DNA of 64,000 nt, from assembly GCA_963850875.1 (NCBI GenBank), contig CAWKNA010000003.1:78972-142971 (forward strand), read 5' to 3'. The first letter of the stretch is position 1. Every line of letters starts with the position of its first letter. Made by a program: the position numbers and the translations under genes. This document shows, piece after piece, positions 35,867-45,892 of this stretch. The notes beneath the pieces are model-generated. The model ran no database searches. It saw only the letters and a program-made list of their open reading frames with translations, and was not told where the DNA came from. The stretch comes from an uncultured Actinomycetota bacterium (lineage in GTDB: Bacteria > Actinomycetota > Actinomycetes > Streptosporangiales > Streptosporangiaceae).

Positions 35867-36097
35867 TCCGGTCCCTACCGGCAGGGGGAATCAGGCCTGC
35901 CTAAGCGTCGAGTATCGCACAGCTCGTGCGCCACGGAAGTGCCTTCTGGACAGGCTTGCATCGGCTTCCGCGTGGATCGACCGGTCTGGCCGATGATCGG
36001 GTGGTCGCACGCATCGGCACCGGGGAGTTTGTTGCGCCAGATCGGCAGGTCGGCCCTGACCGGGACCGTCGCGGGCCGGGCGGCTAGGGTCCTGCTC

Positions 36098-37069
36098 ATG
36101 TTCGCAGTCACCGCAGCCCGCTTCGACTCAGCTGACCCGCTGTCCGCCCTCGAACTCGGTGAGCGGCCTGAGCCGTCGCCGCCCGATGGCTGGACGACGA
36201 TCACCGTCCGGGCGGCATCGCTGAACCACCATGATGTCTGGACGCTCCGCGGCGTGGGAATTTCCGCCGACCGGCTCCCGATGATCCTCGGCTGCGACGC
36301 CTCCGGGGTGGACGCCGATGGCAACGAGGTCGTCGTGCACGCGGTGGTGGGCGACCCGGGATCGGCAGGCGTGGCCGACGAGACGCTCGACCCGGCCAGG
36401 TCGCTGCTGTCCGAGCGGTACCAGGGCACCTTCGCCCAGCGGCTTGCCGTGCCCAGCCGGAACCTGGTGCCCAAGCCCGCGGCACTCTCCTTCGAGCAGG
36501 CCGCCTGTCTGCCGACGGCCTACCTGACCGCCTACCGGATGCTGTTCGGCAAGGTAGCGCTCGAGCCGGGGAGCACGATCCTGGTGCAGGGCGCCGGCGG
36601 CGGCGTGGCGACCGCGCTCATTCTGCTCGGCCGGGCCGCCGGTCACCGGATCTGGGTGACCAGCCGGGATGAGGCCAAGCGGGAGCGGGCGGTCACCATC
36701 GGCGCCGATCAGGCGTTCGCGACCGGAGCCAGGCTGCCCGAGCGGGTAGACGCGGTGATGGAAACGGTCGGCGAGGCGACCTGGTCACACTCGCTGAAGG
36801 CACTGCGGCCGGGCGGGACGATCGTGATCTCCGGTGCCACCAGCGGGTCGATGCCGCCTGCCGATCTGAGCCGGGTGTTCTTCCTGCAGCTGTCGGTGGT
36901 CGGCTCGACCATGGGCAGCCGGGATCAGCTTGCCCGGCTGCTGCGATTCTGCGCGCAGGCCGGCGTCCGGCCGGTGATCGACCGGACCATGCCGCTCGAT
37001 CAGGCGCCGGCCGGATTCGAGGCGATGATCTCCGGCGACCTGTTCGGCAAGGTGGTGTTCACGCTGTAG
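36098..37069 (+). CDS. zinc-type alcohol dehydrogenase / quinone oxidoreductase (MDR family)
   Basis: VRAASLNHHDVW, GAGGGVATALILL. Start at ATG 36098. Confidence 0.85.
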   Translation: MFAVTAARFDSADPLSALELGERPEPSPPDGWTTITVRAASLNHHDVWTLRGVGISADRLPMILGCDASGVDADGNEVVVHAVVGDPGSAGVADETLDPARSLLSERYQGTFAQRLAVPSRNLVPKPAALSFEQAACLPTAYLTAYRMLFGKVALEPGSTILVQGAGGGVATALILLGRAAGHRIWVTSRDEAKRERAVTIGADQAFATGARLPERVDAVMETVGEATWSHSLKALRPGGTIVISGATSGSMPPADLSRVFFLQLSVVGSTMGSRDQLARLLRFCAQAGVRPVIDRTMPLDQAPAGFEAMISGDLFGKVVFTL

Positions 37070-37091
37070 GCGGGATGTCCCGCTGGTCTGG

Positions 37092-38039
37092 TCAGCTGGC
37101 TGTGCCCTGGTCGGCCGGGTCAGCCGCGTCGGCCGGGCCAGCCGCGTCCGCCGGGCCAGCCGTATCCGTAGCGTCAGTCGAGCCAGCAGGGTCTGTAGCG
37201 TCGGTCGGGCCAGCCGCATCGATCGGGCCAGCCGGGTCAGCCTGACCGGCAGGGCCAGCCTGCTCCGCCTGATCGGTCGGGACGACCGGGCCGAAGACCT
37301 CGGTCCTGATCCGGGTCAGGGCGTCAGCAAGGATGCCGCGGAGATCTCGCAGGCCTCCTTCGTCCAGGCCGGAGCGGGCGCGGACGGCGGCCGACTGGAT
37401 CTCCTTGGCGAAGTCCGTCGCGAGCCGCTCCAGATCAGGCCAGGAAGCGGGGGGCGGCCACGGGCCGCGACCTTTGGCCGAGCCGATATCAGGGCCGGCT
37501 CCGGCCAGCCGGGTCTGATCAGAAGTCAACCTGGTCGCGGCCGGATCGGTGAGCCGAGCCGCGCCGGGCTCACCGAACCACGACGGGCCGAGCCTGGTTC
37601 GGTCTGACCCATCGCTGGCCTGTGGTCTAGCGGCAGCGCCGGGCTCGTTGAATCCGCCCCTGGCCGCGGCCCGGCCGAGTTCCTCGCGCAGGCTTCTGAC
37701 GGTGTCGCGGACGTCGCGGCCGATCTCCCTGGCAATGTCGCGGGCAGACGCGGTGAGCTCCTCCTCCAGTTCGGCAAGCTCATCGAACCTGTTCTCAAGC
37801 TCCTGGCGGCCCTTCTCGGTGATCCGGTAGACCTTCTTGCCGTCGACTTCGTCGTGGGTGACCAGGCCCTCATCCTCCAGCCTGGTCAGCCTCGGGTAGA
37901 TCGTCCCCGGCGATGGCGAGTAGACGCCGAGGAAGCGATCCTGCAGCAGCCGGATCACCTCGTAGCCGTGCCGCGGCGCCTCTTCGAGCAGCTTGAGAAG
38001 ATACAGCCGCAGCCTGCCGTGGCGGAACACCGGACTCAC
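37092..38039 (-). CDS. PadR family transcriptional regulator with a long low-complexity C-terminal extension
   Basis: LLKLLEEAPRHGYEVIRLL...GTIYPRLTRLEDEGLV. GTG start after AGGAGGG. 315 aa. Confidence 0.85.
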   Translation of the reverse strand: MSPVFRHGRLRLYLLKLLEEAPRHGYEVIRLLQDRFLGVYSPSPGTIYPRLTRLEDEGLVTHDEVDGKKVYRITEKGRQELENRFDELAELEEELTASARDIAREIGRDVRDTVRSLREELGRAAARGGFNEPGAAARPQASDGSDRTRLGPSWFGEPGAARLTDPAATRLTSDQTRLAGAGPDIGSAKGRGPWPPPASWPDLERLATDFAKEIQSAAVRARSGLDEGGLRDLRGILADALTRIRTEVFGPVVPTDQAEQAGPAGQADPAGPIDAAGPTDATDPAGSTDATDTAGPADAAGPADAADPADQGTAS

Positions 38040-38062
38040 TGATCATCACCCTCCTGATACAG

Positions 38063-38074
38063 ACGATATATCGT
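38063..38074. promoter_or_regulatory. perfect 12-bp palindrome ACGATATATCGT upstream of the PadR gene
   Basis: Lies 24 nt upstream of the PadR start codon. AT-rich in a GC-rich context. Confidence 0.35.
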
Positions 38075-38175
38075 GTCAGCCGAAGGAGAGCCTGACCACG
38101 GCCGCAAGTTTCCGCTGTCGATCTTGGCTGCCCTGCCCGCGGCACTGGCGAGGGCAAGCCCGATATCCGGTCGGC

Positions 38176-38358
38176 TCAGTCCAGGTCGGGTTCGTCGTCG
38201 AGACGGGCCAGCCAGGTCGCCAGCTGTTCGATCGGCGCTTCGTATTCCGGATGAGCGTCCACGAACTCGGTGAGGCGGCCGGCCAGCCAGCCGATGGTGA
38301 CCTGCTCATCGCCGCGCCGGTCCTGAAGTTCCTCGATGCCGCGGTCGGTGAAGTACAT
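38176..38358 (-). CDS. small acidic conserved protein of unknown function
   Basis: 60 aa. Strong GC3 codon bias. Starts 12 nt downstream of the kgd stop on the same strand. Confidence 0.65.
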   Translation of the reverse strand: MYFTDRGIEELQDRRGDEQVTIGWLAGRLTEFVDAHPEYEAPIEQLATWLARLDDEPDLD

Positions 38359-38370
38359 CGTCGGACCGTC

Positions 38371-41300
38371 TTAGCTCAGTGCGGCGGCGACCAGCGCAGC
38401 GTGCTCGGCCGCATGTGCCTTGGCTGATCCGGACGCCGGTGCCGAACTGGCCGGGAGCGAGAGCACGCCAAGCCGGCGGCCGAGCGGTCCGGGCAGGTGC
38501 ATCGCCATGAACGGCCAGGCGCCCATGTTGGCCGGCTCCTCCTGCACCCAGCGGAGATCCTCGGCGTTCGGGTAGCTGGCCAGCTCGGTTGCGATCTCCT
38601 TCGTCGGCAGCGGGTAGAGCCGCTCCACCCGGACGATGGCGACGTCGGACCGGTGCTCCGCCCGCCGTTTCCCGGCGAGATCGTAGTAGATCTTGCCGGA
38701 GCAGAGCAGCACGCGGCGCACTGCGGCCGGATCGAAACCAGCGGCAGGGCCGGGTGCGGCTGCCTCAGGATCTGGCAGCACCGGCCGGAACGAGCCCGCG
38801 GTGAAGTCGGCGACCGCGGAGACTGCAGTCTTCAGCCGGAGCATGGATTTTGGCGTGAACACGATCAGCGGCTTGACCCGCTCCGAAAGCACCTGCCAGC
38901 GCAGCAGGTGGAAATAGCTGGCCGGGGTGCTCGGCATGGCCACCGTCATGTTGTCCTGTGCGCACAGCGACAGGAACCGCTCGACCCTGGCCGACGAGTG
39001 ATCGGGGCCCTGACCCTCGTACCCGTGCGGCAGCAGCAGCACCACGTCGGACCGCTGCCCCCACTTCTGCTCACCGGATGAGATGAACTCGTCCAGGATC
39101 GTCTGCGCCCCGTTGACGAAGTCGCCGAACTGCGCCTCCCAGCAGACCAGCGCGTCCGGTCTGGCCACTGAGTAGCCGTACTCGAACCCGACGGCAGCGA
39201 ACTCAGAGAGCAGCGAGTCGTAGACGTGGAATTTGGCCGTTCCGTTGTTGAACTGGCGCAGCGGGATGTACTCCGCGCCGGTGTGCCGGTCCACGACGAC
39301 GGCGTGCCGCTGGCCGAACGTGCCGCGGCGGCTGTCCTGCCCGATCAGCCGGACCGCATTGCCGTCGATCAGCGTCGAGCCGAACGCCAGCAACTCGCCG
39401 GTGGCCCAGTCGATCTCGTCCTGCTCGACCACGACCGCGCGGCGGGCTATCTGTGGCTGAAGCCGCGGATGCGGGACGAAGCCCACAGGCAGGTTCAGCT
39501 GGGTGTCGATGATCCGCTTGATGGTCTCGGCGGTGATCGCCGTCGGGGTGCCCGCGTGATCGATCAGGGCCGGCTGCTGGGGCGGCACCGGTACCACCGC
39601 GCCGGGCTCGACCGGCCGGCCTGCTGCCTCGCGGGTCTCGGTGAAAGCCCGTTCAAGCTCCTGCTGATAGTCGCGCAGGGCCTGCTCGGCCTCCTCCAGG
39701 GTGATGTGACCGCGGCCGATCAGCGACTCCGTATAGAGCTTCCTGGTGGATCGCTTCGCGTCGATCAGGTCATACATCAGCGGCTGCGTGAAGGAGGGGT
39801 TGTCAGCCTCGTTATGCCCGCGGCGGCGGTAGCAGACCATGTCGATGACGACGTCCTTGCCGAACGCCTCCCGGTAGGCGAAGGCCAGCCGGCCGACCCG
39901 GACCACGGCCTCCGGATCATCGCCGTTGACGTGGAAGATCGGTGCCTGGATCGTGCGGGCCACATCGGTGGCGTACACGCTTGACCGGGAATACTTCGGG
40001 TCGGTCGTAAAGCCGACCTGGTTGTTCACCACGATGTGCACGGTGCCGCCGGTACGGTAGCCCCGCAGCTGGGACAGTTCGAGCGTCTCGGCGACCACGC
40101 CCTGGCCGGCGAACGCCGCATCGCCGTGGATCAGGACCGGCAGCACGGTGTAGCCGGGGTCGCCCATGTCAAGCAGGTCCTGCTTGGCCCGGACCACGCC
40201 TTCGAGCACCGGGTTGACGGCCTCAAGATGACTCGGGTTGGCGACCAGGGTGACCGGAATCGCCGTGCCGTCCGCCGCGGTGTAACTGCCCTCCGCGCCG
40301 AGGTGGTACTTGACGTCGCCGGAGCCGTGCGTGCTGCCTGGGTCCAGGTGGCCCTCGAACTCGTTGAAGATCTGCCCGTAAGACTTGCCGGCGATGTTCG
40401 CGAGCACGTTCAGCCTGCCGCGATGCGCCATGCCGATGACCGCTTCATGCAGCCGTCCCTTGGCTGCCTCGGTCAGCACGGCGTCGAGCAGCGGGATCAG
40501 TGACTCGGCGCCCTCAAGGGAGAATCTGCGCTGGCCGACGAACTTGGTCTGCAGGAACATCTCGAAGGCCTCGGCGACGTTCAGCCGGGACAGCACGCGC
40601 ATCTGCTCGGCGTGGTCAGCATCGCGATGCGGCCGTTCCACCCGGTCCTGCAGCCAGGCACGCTCGGCCGGGTTCTGGATGTGCATGTACTCGAGCCCGA
40701 CCGTGCGGCAGTAGGAATCCCGTAGCACGCCGAGGATCTCGCGCAGCAGCATCCGCGACTTGCCGCCGAAGCCGCCGGTGGCGAACTCCCGTTCCAGATC
40801 CCATAGCGTCAGGCCGTGCTGGTTGATGTCCAGATCGGGGTGCTTGCGCTGCTTGTACTCGAGCGGATCGGTGTCGGCCATCAGGTGGCCGCGGACCCGG
40901 TAGGCATGGATCAGCTCGTGTACCCGGGCGGCCTTGCTGATGTCGTCCTCGTGACCAGCCGGAATGTCACGCACCCAGCGGACTGGCTCATACGGGATCC
41001 GAAGCGAGCTGAAGATCTCGTCGTAGAAGCCCTGCTCGCCGAGCAGCAGGCCGCGGATGATCCGAAGGAACTCGCCGGACTGGGCGCCCTGGATGATCCG
41101 GTGATCATAGGTCGAGGTGAGGGTCACCGCCTGACTGAGCGCGAGCCTGGCCAGGGTCTCGGCCGAGGCGCCCTGGTAGGCAGCCGGGTACTCCATCGCG
41201 CCTACGCCGATGATGCAACCCTGGCCAGGCATCAGCCGGGGGACCGAATGCATGGTGCCGATGGTGCCCGGGTTGGTCAGGCTGATCGTGGTGCCGGCGA

Positions 41301-42261
41301 AGTCGGAGACCGCGAGCTTGCCACCCCTGGCCTTGCGCACAATCTCCTCGTAGGCCATCCAGAACTGGCGGAAGTCCATCTGCTCGGCTGACTTGATGCT
41401 CGGCACGAGCAGCTGGCGAGTGCCGTCCTCCTTCTGGATGTCGATCGCCAGTCCCAGGTTGACGTGCTCGGGCCGGACCAGCACCGGCTTGCCGTCGACC
41501 TCGGCGTAGGAGTCGTTCAGCTCAGGGGCAGCCGCGAGGGCGCGGACCACCGCGTATCCGATCAGGTGGGTGAAGGACACCTTGCCGCCGCGGCCGCGGG
41601 CCAGGTGATTGTTAATCACGATCCGGTTGTCGGTCAGCAGCTTGGCCGGGATGGAACGGACCGACGTCGCGGTCGGCACCTGAAGGCTCGCCACCATGTT
41701 GGCGACGGTGCGCGCGGCGGCGCCGCGCAGCCGCATTTCAGCCGGACTGCCGTTGCTGTCACCGCTCGGCGGTGTGGTTCCGCCGCTCGGCGCAGCCTGG
41801 CCGTCCGGAGCTGCTGACGCCGGAGACACCGGTGCGGCCGGTGCGGCCGGAGCGGCTGGCGCCACGGGCCCGGCGGCCGGAGGAGTGGCGACAGCAGTCG
41901 GACTCGCCGAGCCGACCGGAGTCGGGATCCAGGCATGGGCCGGTGCCGCTGGTGGCGCAGCCGATCCGGTCGGCTCGCTCGTCGGCGGTTCTGCCGTGGT
42001 CGGCGGTGGCCGGTAGTCGGCAAAGAAGTTCCACCATGCCTTATCCACCGAGCCTGGATCGGCCTGGTACCGCTGGTAGAGCTCGTCCACCAGCCACTCG
42101 TTCGGCCCGAAATCCGCATTCGCCAGGCGCGCTGCGGTACCGCTGGCAACGGCGGAGTCGTCAGCAGTCTCGCCGTGCGGCTGGCCGGTTTCGCCCGGCG
42201 GCCTGCCAGGCGCGGTGAGATTAACGGACGCACCCGAGAACTCGGCAGACACGGCCGACAT
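38371..42261 (-). CDS. kgd: multifunctional 2-oxoglutarate decarboxylase/dehydrogenase E1 with an E2-like acyltransferase domain
   Basis: 1296 aa. N-terminal [15 protein letters not shown], Pro/Ala linker, succinyltransferase-like [17 protein letters not shown]1 core. Confidence 0.95.
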   Translation of the reverse strand: MSAVSAEFSGASVNLTAPGRPPGETGQPHGETADDSAVASGTAARLANADFGPNEWLVDELYQRYQADPGSVDKAWWNFFADYRPPPTTAEPPTSEPTGSAAPPAAPAHAWIPTPVGSASPTAVATPPAAGPVAPAAPAAPAAPVSPASAAPDGQAAPSGGTTPPSGDSNGSPAEMRLRGAAARTVANMVASLQVPTATSVRSIPAKLLTDNRIVINNHLARGRGGKVSFTHLIGYAVVRALAAAPELNDSYAEVDGKPVLVRPEHVNLGLAIDIQKEDGTRQLLVPSIKSAEQMDFRQFWMAYEEIVRKARGGKLAVSDFAGTTISLTNPGTIGTMHSVPRLMPGQGCIIGVGAMEYPAAYQGASAETLARLALSQAVTLTSTYDHRIIQGAQSGEFLRIIRGLLLGEQGFYDEIFSSLRIPYEPVRWVRDIPAGHEDDISKAARVHELIHAYRVRGHLMADTDPLEYKQRKHPDLDINQHGLTLWDLEREFATGGFGGKSRMLLREILGVLRDSYCRTVGLEYMHIQNPAERAWLQDRVERPHRDADHAEQMRVLSRLNVAEAFEMFLQTKFVGQRRFSLEGAESLIPLLDAVLTEAAKGRLHEAVIGMAHRGRLNVLANIAGKSYGQIFNEFEGHLDPGSTHGSGDVKYHLGAEGSYTAADGTAIPVTLVANPSHLEAVNPVLEGVVRAKQDLLDMGDPGYTVLPVLIHGDAAFAGQGVVAETLELSQLRGYRTGGTVHIVVNNQVGFTTDPKYSRSSVYATDVARTIQAPIFHVNGDDPEAVVRVGRLAFAYREAFGKDVVIDMVCYRRRGHNEADNPSFTQPLMYDLIDAKRSTRKLYTESLIGRGHITLEEAEQALRDYQQELERAFTETREAAGRPVEPGAVVPVPPQQPALIDHAGTPTAITAETIKRIIDTQLNLPVGFVPHPRLQPQIARRAVVVEQDEIDWATGELLAFGSTLIDGNAVRLIGQDSRRGTFGQRHAVVVDRHTGAEYIPLRQFNNGTAKFHVYDSLLSEFAAVGFEYGYSVARPDALVCWEAQFGDFVNGAQTILDEFISSGEQKWGQRSDVVLLLPHGYEGQGPDHSSARVERFLSLCAQDNMTVAMPSTPASYFHLLRWQVLSERVKPLIVFTPKSMLRLKTAVSAVADFTAGSFRPVLPDPEAAAPGPAAGFDPAAVRRVLLCSGKIYYDLAGKRRAEHRSDVAIVRVERLYPLPTKEIATELASYPNAEDLRWVQEEPANMGAWPFMAMHLPGPLGRRLGVLSLPASSAPASGSAKAHAAEHAALVAAALS

Positions 42262-42309
42262 CGCCTCTTCCGGAGCTTGATGACCTGTAGAACCCGCGTG
42301 CTAAGGCTA

Positions 42310-42395
42310 CCCGCCGACCCGCAGCGGGCTGGGCCTGAAATCAGCTAGGCATCCCGCCGACCCGCAGCGGGCTGGGCCTGAAATCAGCTAGGCAT
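42310..42395. repeat. perfect 43-bp tandem duplication (2 copies)
   Basis: CCCGCCGACCCGCAGCGGGCTGGGCCTGAAATCAGCTAGGCAT occurs at 42310-42352 and 42353-42395. Copy 2 contains the stop codon and last codons of the GST-like gene. Confidence 0.95.
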
Positions 42396-43574
42396 CCTGG
42401 CTCTGCCGTGCGGCTCGTTCCAGCTGATCTGTGGTCCGATCGGGATGATGCCCCATTTACTGCGCCACCCGGTTGACCGGTAGTAATGCTGCTTGATCTG
42501 GCCCAGGTCGGTGGTCTCACCGAATCCCGGATGGGTGTAGAGGTCTCGGGCGTAGCCCCACAGATGCGGGTAGTCAGTTAGCCGCCGCAGATTGCAGTCG
42601 AACAGCTGGTAGTAGACGGTGTCGAACCTGGCCAGCGTCGGATAGAGCCTGACATCAACCTCGGTGAGCTGGTCGCCGAGCACGAACCGGCGCCGGGCCA
42701 GCCGCTCGTCCAGTGCGTCGAGCGTGGTGAATACGGCCTCGACGGCCTGGTCGTAACTAGCCTGCGTAGTAGCCAGGCCTGCCTTGTACACACCGGTGTT
42801 GACCGTGTGGTAAATCAACGTAGCGAGCGACTCGATCTCCCTGCGCCTGGCCGCGGGGTACAGGTCGGGCGCGCCAGGCCGGTGGAAGGCCCGGAACTCG
42901 GTCTCCAGCATGACGGTAATCTGCGCCACATCGTTGCTGACGATCCGGCGGGATCGCAGATCCCAGAGCAGCGGGACGGTGAACGGGCCCGGGTAACCTG
43001 CGTCGGTCGCCCGGTAGAGTTCGGCCAGGAAGCGAGCGCCGGTAAGCGGGTCGCTGCTGTCGTCGCTGAACCGCCAGCCGCGTTCATCGGCGACCGGATC
43101 GGTCAGGGTGAGCCCGATCACCCGGTCGAGACCGAGCAGTCGGCATGCGATCAGGGCGCGCTGCGACCAGGGACAGGCTAGTGATGCGTACAGCTGGTAC
43201 CGGGCCGGTTCCGCCGCGAATCCGCTTGAGCCGTCCCTGGTCACCCGGCCGGTGAACGTACCCTGGCGGCGGATGAGACCGCCCGTGATCGCAGGGAGGC
43301 TGCCCGTGCTTGTGCCGGCCTCGCTGGGCGCGTGCGTGAACACGCCGATGGGTGCCGGGGGTACGGCGGCCGGCCAAGGCGGCTCACCAGCGGGGGGCCT
43401 GCTGGCGGGCCATGATGGCTGGTCGGTGTGTGGTGGGCCGGCGGGCCACGGGGGCTGGCTGGCGTGCGGCCGGGAATGGTCGTCGGCCGGTGGCCGGCCG
43501 GTGACCCACCAAGGCTCAGGTGCCGCGCCGGGTCTGCCTGCGGTGGCGAAGGACGGCCGGGGCGTGGCTGGCAT
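42384..43574 (-). CDS. Xi-class glutathione S-transferase-like / glutathionyl-hydroquinone reductase (YqjG family) with a Pro-rich N-terminal extension
   Basis: YQLYASLACPWSQRALI (CPW active site). GGGGAGGAG 6 nt before ATG 43572-43574. Confidence 0.8.
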   Translation of the reverse strand: MPATPRPSFATAGRPGAAPEPWWVTGRPPADDHSRPHASQPPWPAGPPHTDQPSWPASRPPAGEPPWPAAVPPAPIGVFTHAPSEAGTSTGSLPAITGGLIRRQGTFTGRVTRDGSSGFAAEPARYQLYASLACPWSQRALIACRLLGLDRVIGLTLTDPVADERGWRFSDDSSDPLTGARFLAELYRATDAGYPGPFTVPLLWDLRSRRIVSNDVAQITVMLETEFRAFHRPGAPDLYPAARRREIESLATLIYHTVNTGVYKAGLATTQASYDQAVEAVFTTLDALDERLARRRFVLGDQLTEVDVRLYPTLARFDTVYYQLFDCNLRRLTDYPHLWGYARDLYTHPGFGETTDLGQIKQHYYRSTGWRSKWGIIPIGPQISWNEPHGRARMPS

Positions 43575-43691
43575 CGGCGTCTCCTCCCCGAAACTGGGCA
43601 CTAGGACGCATTATGTCCAACTAGACCACAGCCAGTGGGTGTATCGGGCAGCCAGGTCCGGCCGGGCGGCAGCGCGGGTCTGCGGGCCGCA

Positions 43692-44336
43692 ATGAATGCT
43701 CTGGCCAGCATCGTAAGCAGCATGAACGCCGCGCTGAACCATCTCCACGGGTGGGTCGCCGTCGGCTTGATCGCGGCCCTCGTCTTCGGTGAAACGGCGA
43801 TTTTCCTGGGTTTCGTGCTGCCTGGTGAGGCTGCCGTGGTCTTCGGCGGAGTCCTCGCCAGCCGAGGTCACCTGTCCCTCCCCGCTCTCGTCGGTGTGGT
43901 CGTGATCGCCGCGGTGACCGGCCCGCTGGTCGGTTATGAGATCGGCAAGCGGATGGGTGACCGTCTGTTCTCGTCGCGGATGCTGAACCGGGTGCCCGGT
44001 GGCGTCCACCGCGCCCGAACGGCGTTGCGGAACAAGGGCGGCATGGCCGTGCTCGGCGGCCGCTTCGTGGCCGTGGTGCGGGCACTGATGCCTGCGGCCG
44101 CCGGAGCGGCCCAGATGCCGTACCGGACCTTCGTCATTCACAACCTGATCGGCGGGGTCATCTGGGGAGTGGGCTACAGCCTGCTCGGATACCTGGCCGG
44201 CTCCGCCTATGGCGTGGTCGAGCGCAAGGTCGGCGCCGGGCTGGCGATCGCTCTAGCCGCGATCGTCATTGCCCTGGTGGCAGCCTGGGCCTGGCGCAGG
44301 CATCGAGCCGCGGCCGCGGCCGCCCGGCCAGACTGA
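43692..44336 (+). CDS. DedA family membrane protein
   Basis: FGETAIFLGFVLPGEAAVVFGGVLA. Start at ATG 43692. Confidence 0.85.
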   Translation: MNALASIVSSMNAALNHLHGWVAVGLIAALVFGETAIFLGFVLPGEAAVVFGGVLASRGHLSLPALVGVVVIAAVTGPLVGYEIGKRMGDRLFSSRMLNRVPGGVHRARTALRNKGGMAVLGGRFVAVVRALMPAAAGAAQMPYRTFVIHNLIGGVIWGVGYSLLGYLAGSAYGVVERKVGAGLAIALAAIVIALVAAWAWRRHRAAAAAARPD

Positions 44337-44359
44337 ACGGCGCCCGCTGAAACCATCGA

Positions 44360-44423
44360 GTCACCAGCCCGGTGGACTTCGACATGGCGGCCAAGTCACC
44401 AGCCCGTTGGACTTCGACATGGC
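44360..44423. repeat. 35-bp-period direct repeat (2 copies of a 29-nt core, 1 mismatch)
   Basis: GTCACCAGCCCGGTGGACTTCGACATGGC at 44360-44388 and GTCACCAGCCCGTTGGACTTCGACATGGC at 44395-44423. Confidence 0.9.
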
Positions 44424-44596
44424 ATCGCCCGATCACAGTCAACAATGTGCCCGATCCGGGCGAATTGTGGCCGCGCAACCGATGCCATGTCGCTGGCCGT
44501 TAGTGCGCGGGAGGGCCGGGTCGACTCGCGACTATGTGCTACGGCGCAGCGGATGCTGGTCTCAGTGCCCTAGGTCGCTAGGTGCGATCATCACGT

Positions 44597-45406
44597 CTAA
44601 CTCGCTGAGGCGAAGATGTCGGGACGGCGGTGCTGCAGGCAGGGCAGCGTGGCTCGGACCCGTGCGGTCAGGTTAGTGTCCACTACGCCGGAGGCGACCG
44701 CTGGGCCTGAGCCGAGGTCGAGCCGAACTGCGCCCATCGGGTCGACCAGCATGCTGCGGCCGACGCCGGTTGGTGCCGAGGTAGCTGGTTCGTCCGGGTC
44801 GGGTACCTGTCCGGCGGCTGCGACCCATACGGTGTTCTCGATCGCACGGGCGCGGACCAGCGTGGTCCAGTGTTCTTCCTTGAACAGGCCGGCGGCCCAC
44901 GCCGACGGGATGACGATCAGCTCGGCGCCGCGTACGGCAAGTGCCCGCGCCAGCTCGGGGAAACGTACGTCGTAACAGGTGAGGAAGCCGACCTTGATCC
45001 CGGCGAGCTCGGTGATGATCAGCTCGGAGCCGGGTGCGACGGTCTCGGACTCGCGATGGCCGAGCGCGTCGAAGAGGTGGATCTTCCGGTAAGCCGCTGC
45101 GAGGTTGCCGTCGGCATCGAAGGCGACGGTCGTGTTGTATACCCGCTGATCTGGCGCCGGCTCGAAGACGCCGGCCACCAGGGCGACTCCGCTGGACTTG
45201 GCTGCCGCCGACAGTCCCGTGCAGAACGGGCCATCCAGTGGCTCAGCCACGGCCCGGAGGTCGGCCGAGAATCTGGCCTGCGTACCTTCCGGGAAGACGG
45301 CCAGGTCAGACCCCTGCTCCCTGGCGCTGATCAGCGAGGACTGAACCCGGCTGAGATTGACGGTCGGCTGCGTACTGGCCGAGATCTGACAGAGGGTGAC
45401 GCGCAT
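44597..45406 (-). CDS. carbon-nitrogen hydrolase (nitrilase superfamily)
   Basis: MRVTLCQI...FPEG...KIHLFD...FLTCYDVRFPE (Glu-Lys-Cys triad context). Confidence 0.85.
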   Translation of the reverse strand: MRVTLCQISASTQPTVNLSRVQSSLISAREQGSDLAVFPEGTQARFSADLRAVAEPLDGPFCTGLSAAAKSSGVALVAGVFEPAPDQRVYNTTVAFDADGNLAAAYRKIHLFDALGHRESETVAPGSELIITELAGIKVGFLTCYDVRFPELARALAVRGAELIVIPSAWAAGLFKEEHWTTLVRARAIENTVWVAAAGQVPDPDEPATSAPTGVGRSMLVDPMGAVRLDLGSGPAVASGVVDTNLTARVRATLPCLQHRRPDIFASAS

Positions 45407-45662
45407 GATCGAAGCGTACTTCGAGGTTCGGCCTGAGCACTGGGCTGGCGGTGTGCCTGGCGGCTGGCCGGGCGATTGCGTCGGCTTGGAAGCCGAGCAG
45501 TCGGCGAGCGGCGCGCTCGGCGGAACCTGGGGCCTGACCGGTCAGGCTATGTGCTGACTCCTCGCGCCTGCTGGCGAGGCTGACCAGGACGACTGCCGCA
45601 AGCGGCACGGTGACGGTTGCGATGACGCCGATGGCGCCGATGACTATCCAGATGTCTTGCAT
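45306..45662 (-). CDS. hypothetical small membrane protein
   Basis: GGAGGAG 3 nt before ATG 45660-45662. N-terminal TM MQDIWIVIGAIGVIATVTVPLAAVVLV. The 3' 101 nt overlap the nitrilase gene out of frame. Confidence 0.4.
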   Translation of the reverse strand: MQDIWIVIGAIGVIATVTVPLAAVVLVSLASRREESAHSLTGQAPGSAERAARRLLGFQADAIARPAARHTASPVLRPNLEVRFDHARHPLSDLGQYAADRQSQPGSVLADQRQGAGV

Positions 45663-45892
45663 GTACTCCTCCACTTAGGTTCGGACTTCGCCTTCTGGGG
45701 ACCGCCGTCGCCCTTTCGCTCCTGTTCCTCTCGGCGCTGGGTGTTCCGTTGGCGGTCACTCCCGGTTAGCATCGATCCAATGTTTCTAGTCATCTAACTC
45801 ATACCAAACAGCTGGCTGATTGAAACGATATGCAGGGGTAGAATCCACCTATCCGGATGGTGAGATTCGCGGGACTTCGAGGGAGGTCGAGC

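Noticed and set aside
45839-45844. TAGAAT as the -10 box of the GntR promoter.
   Set aside because: The only TTGAAA-like -35 candidate is 13 nt away, which is the wrong spacing. A single hexamer is not enough to call a promoter.
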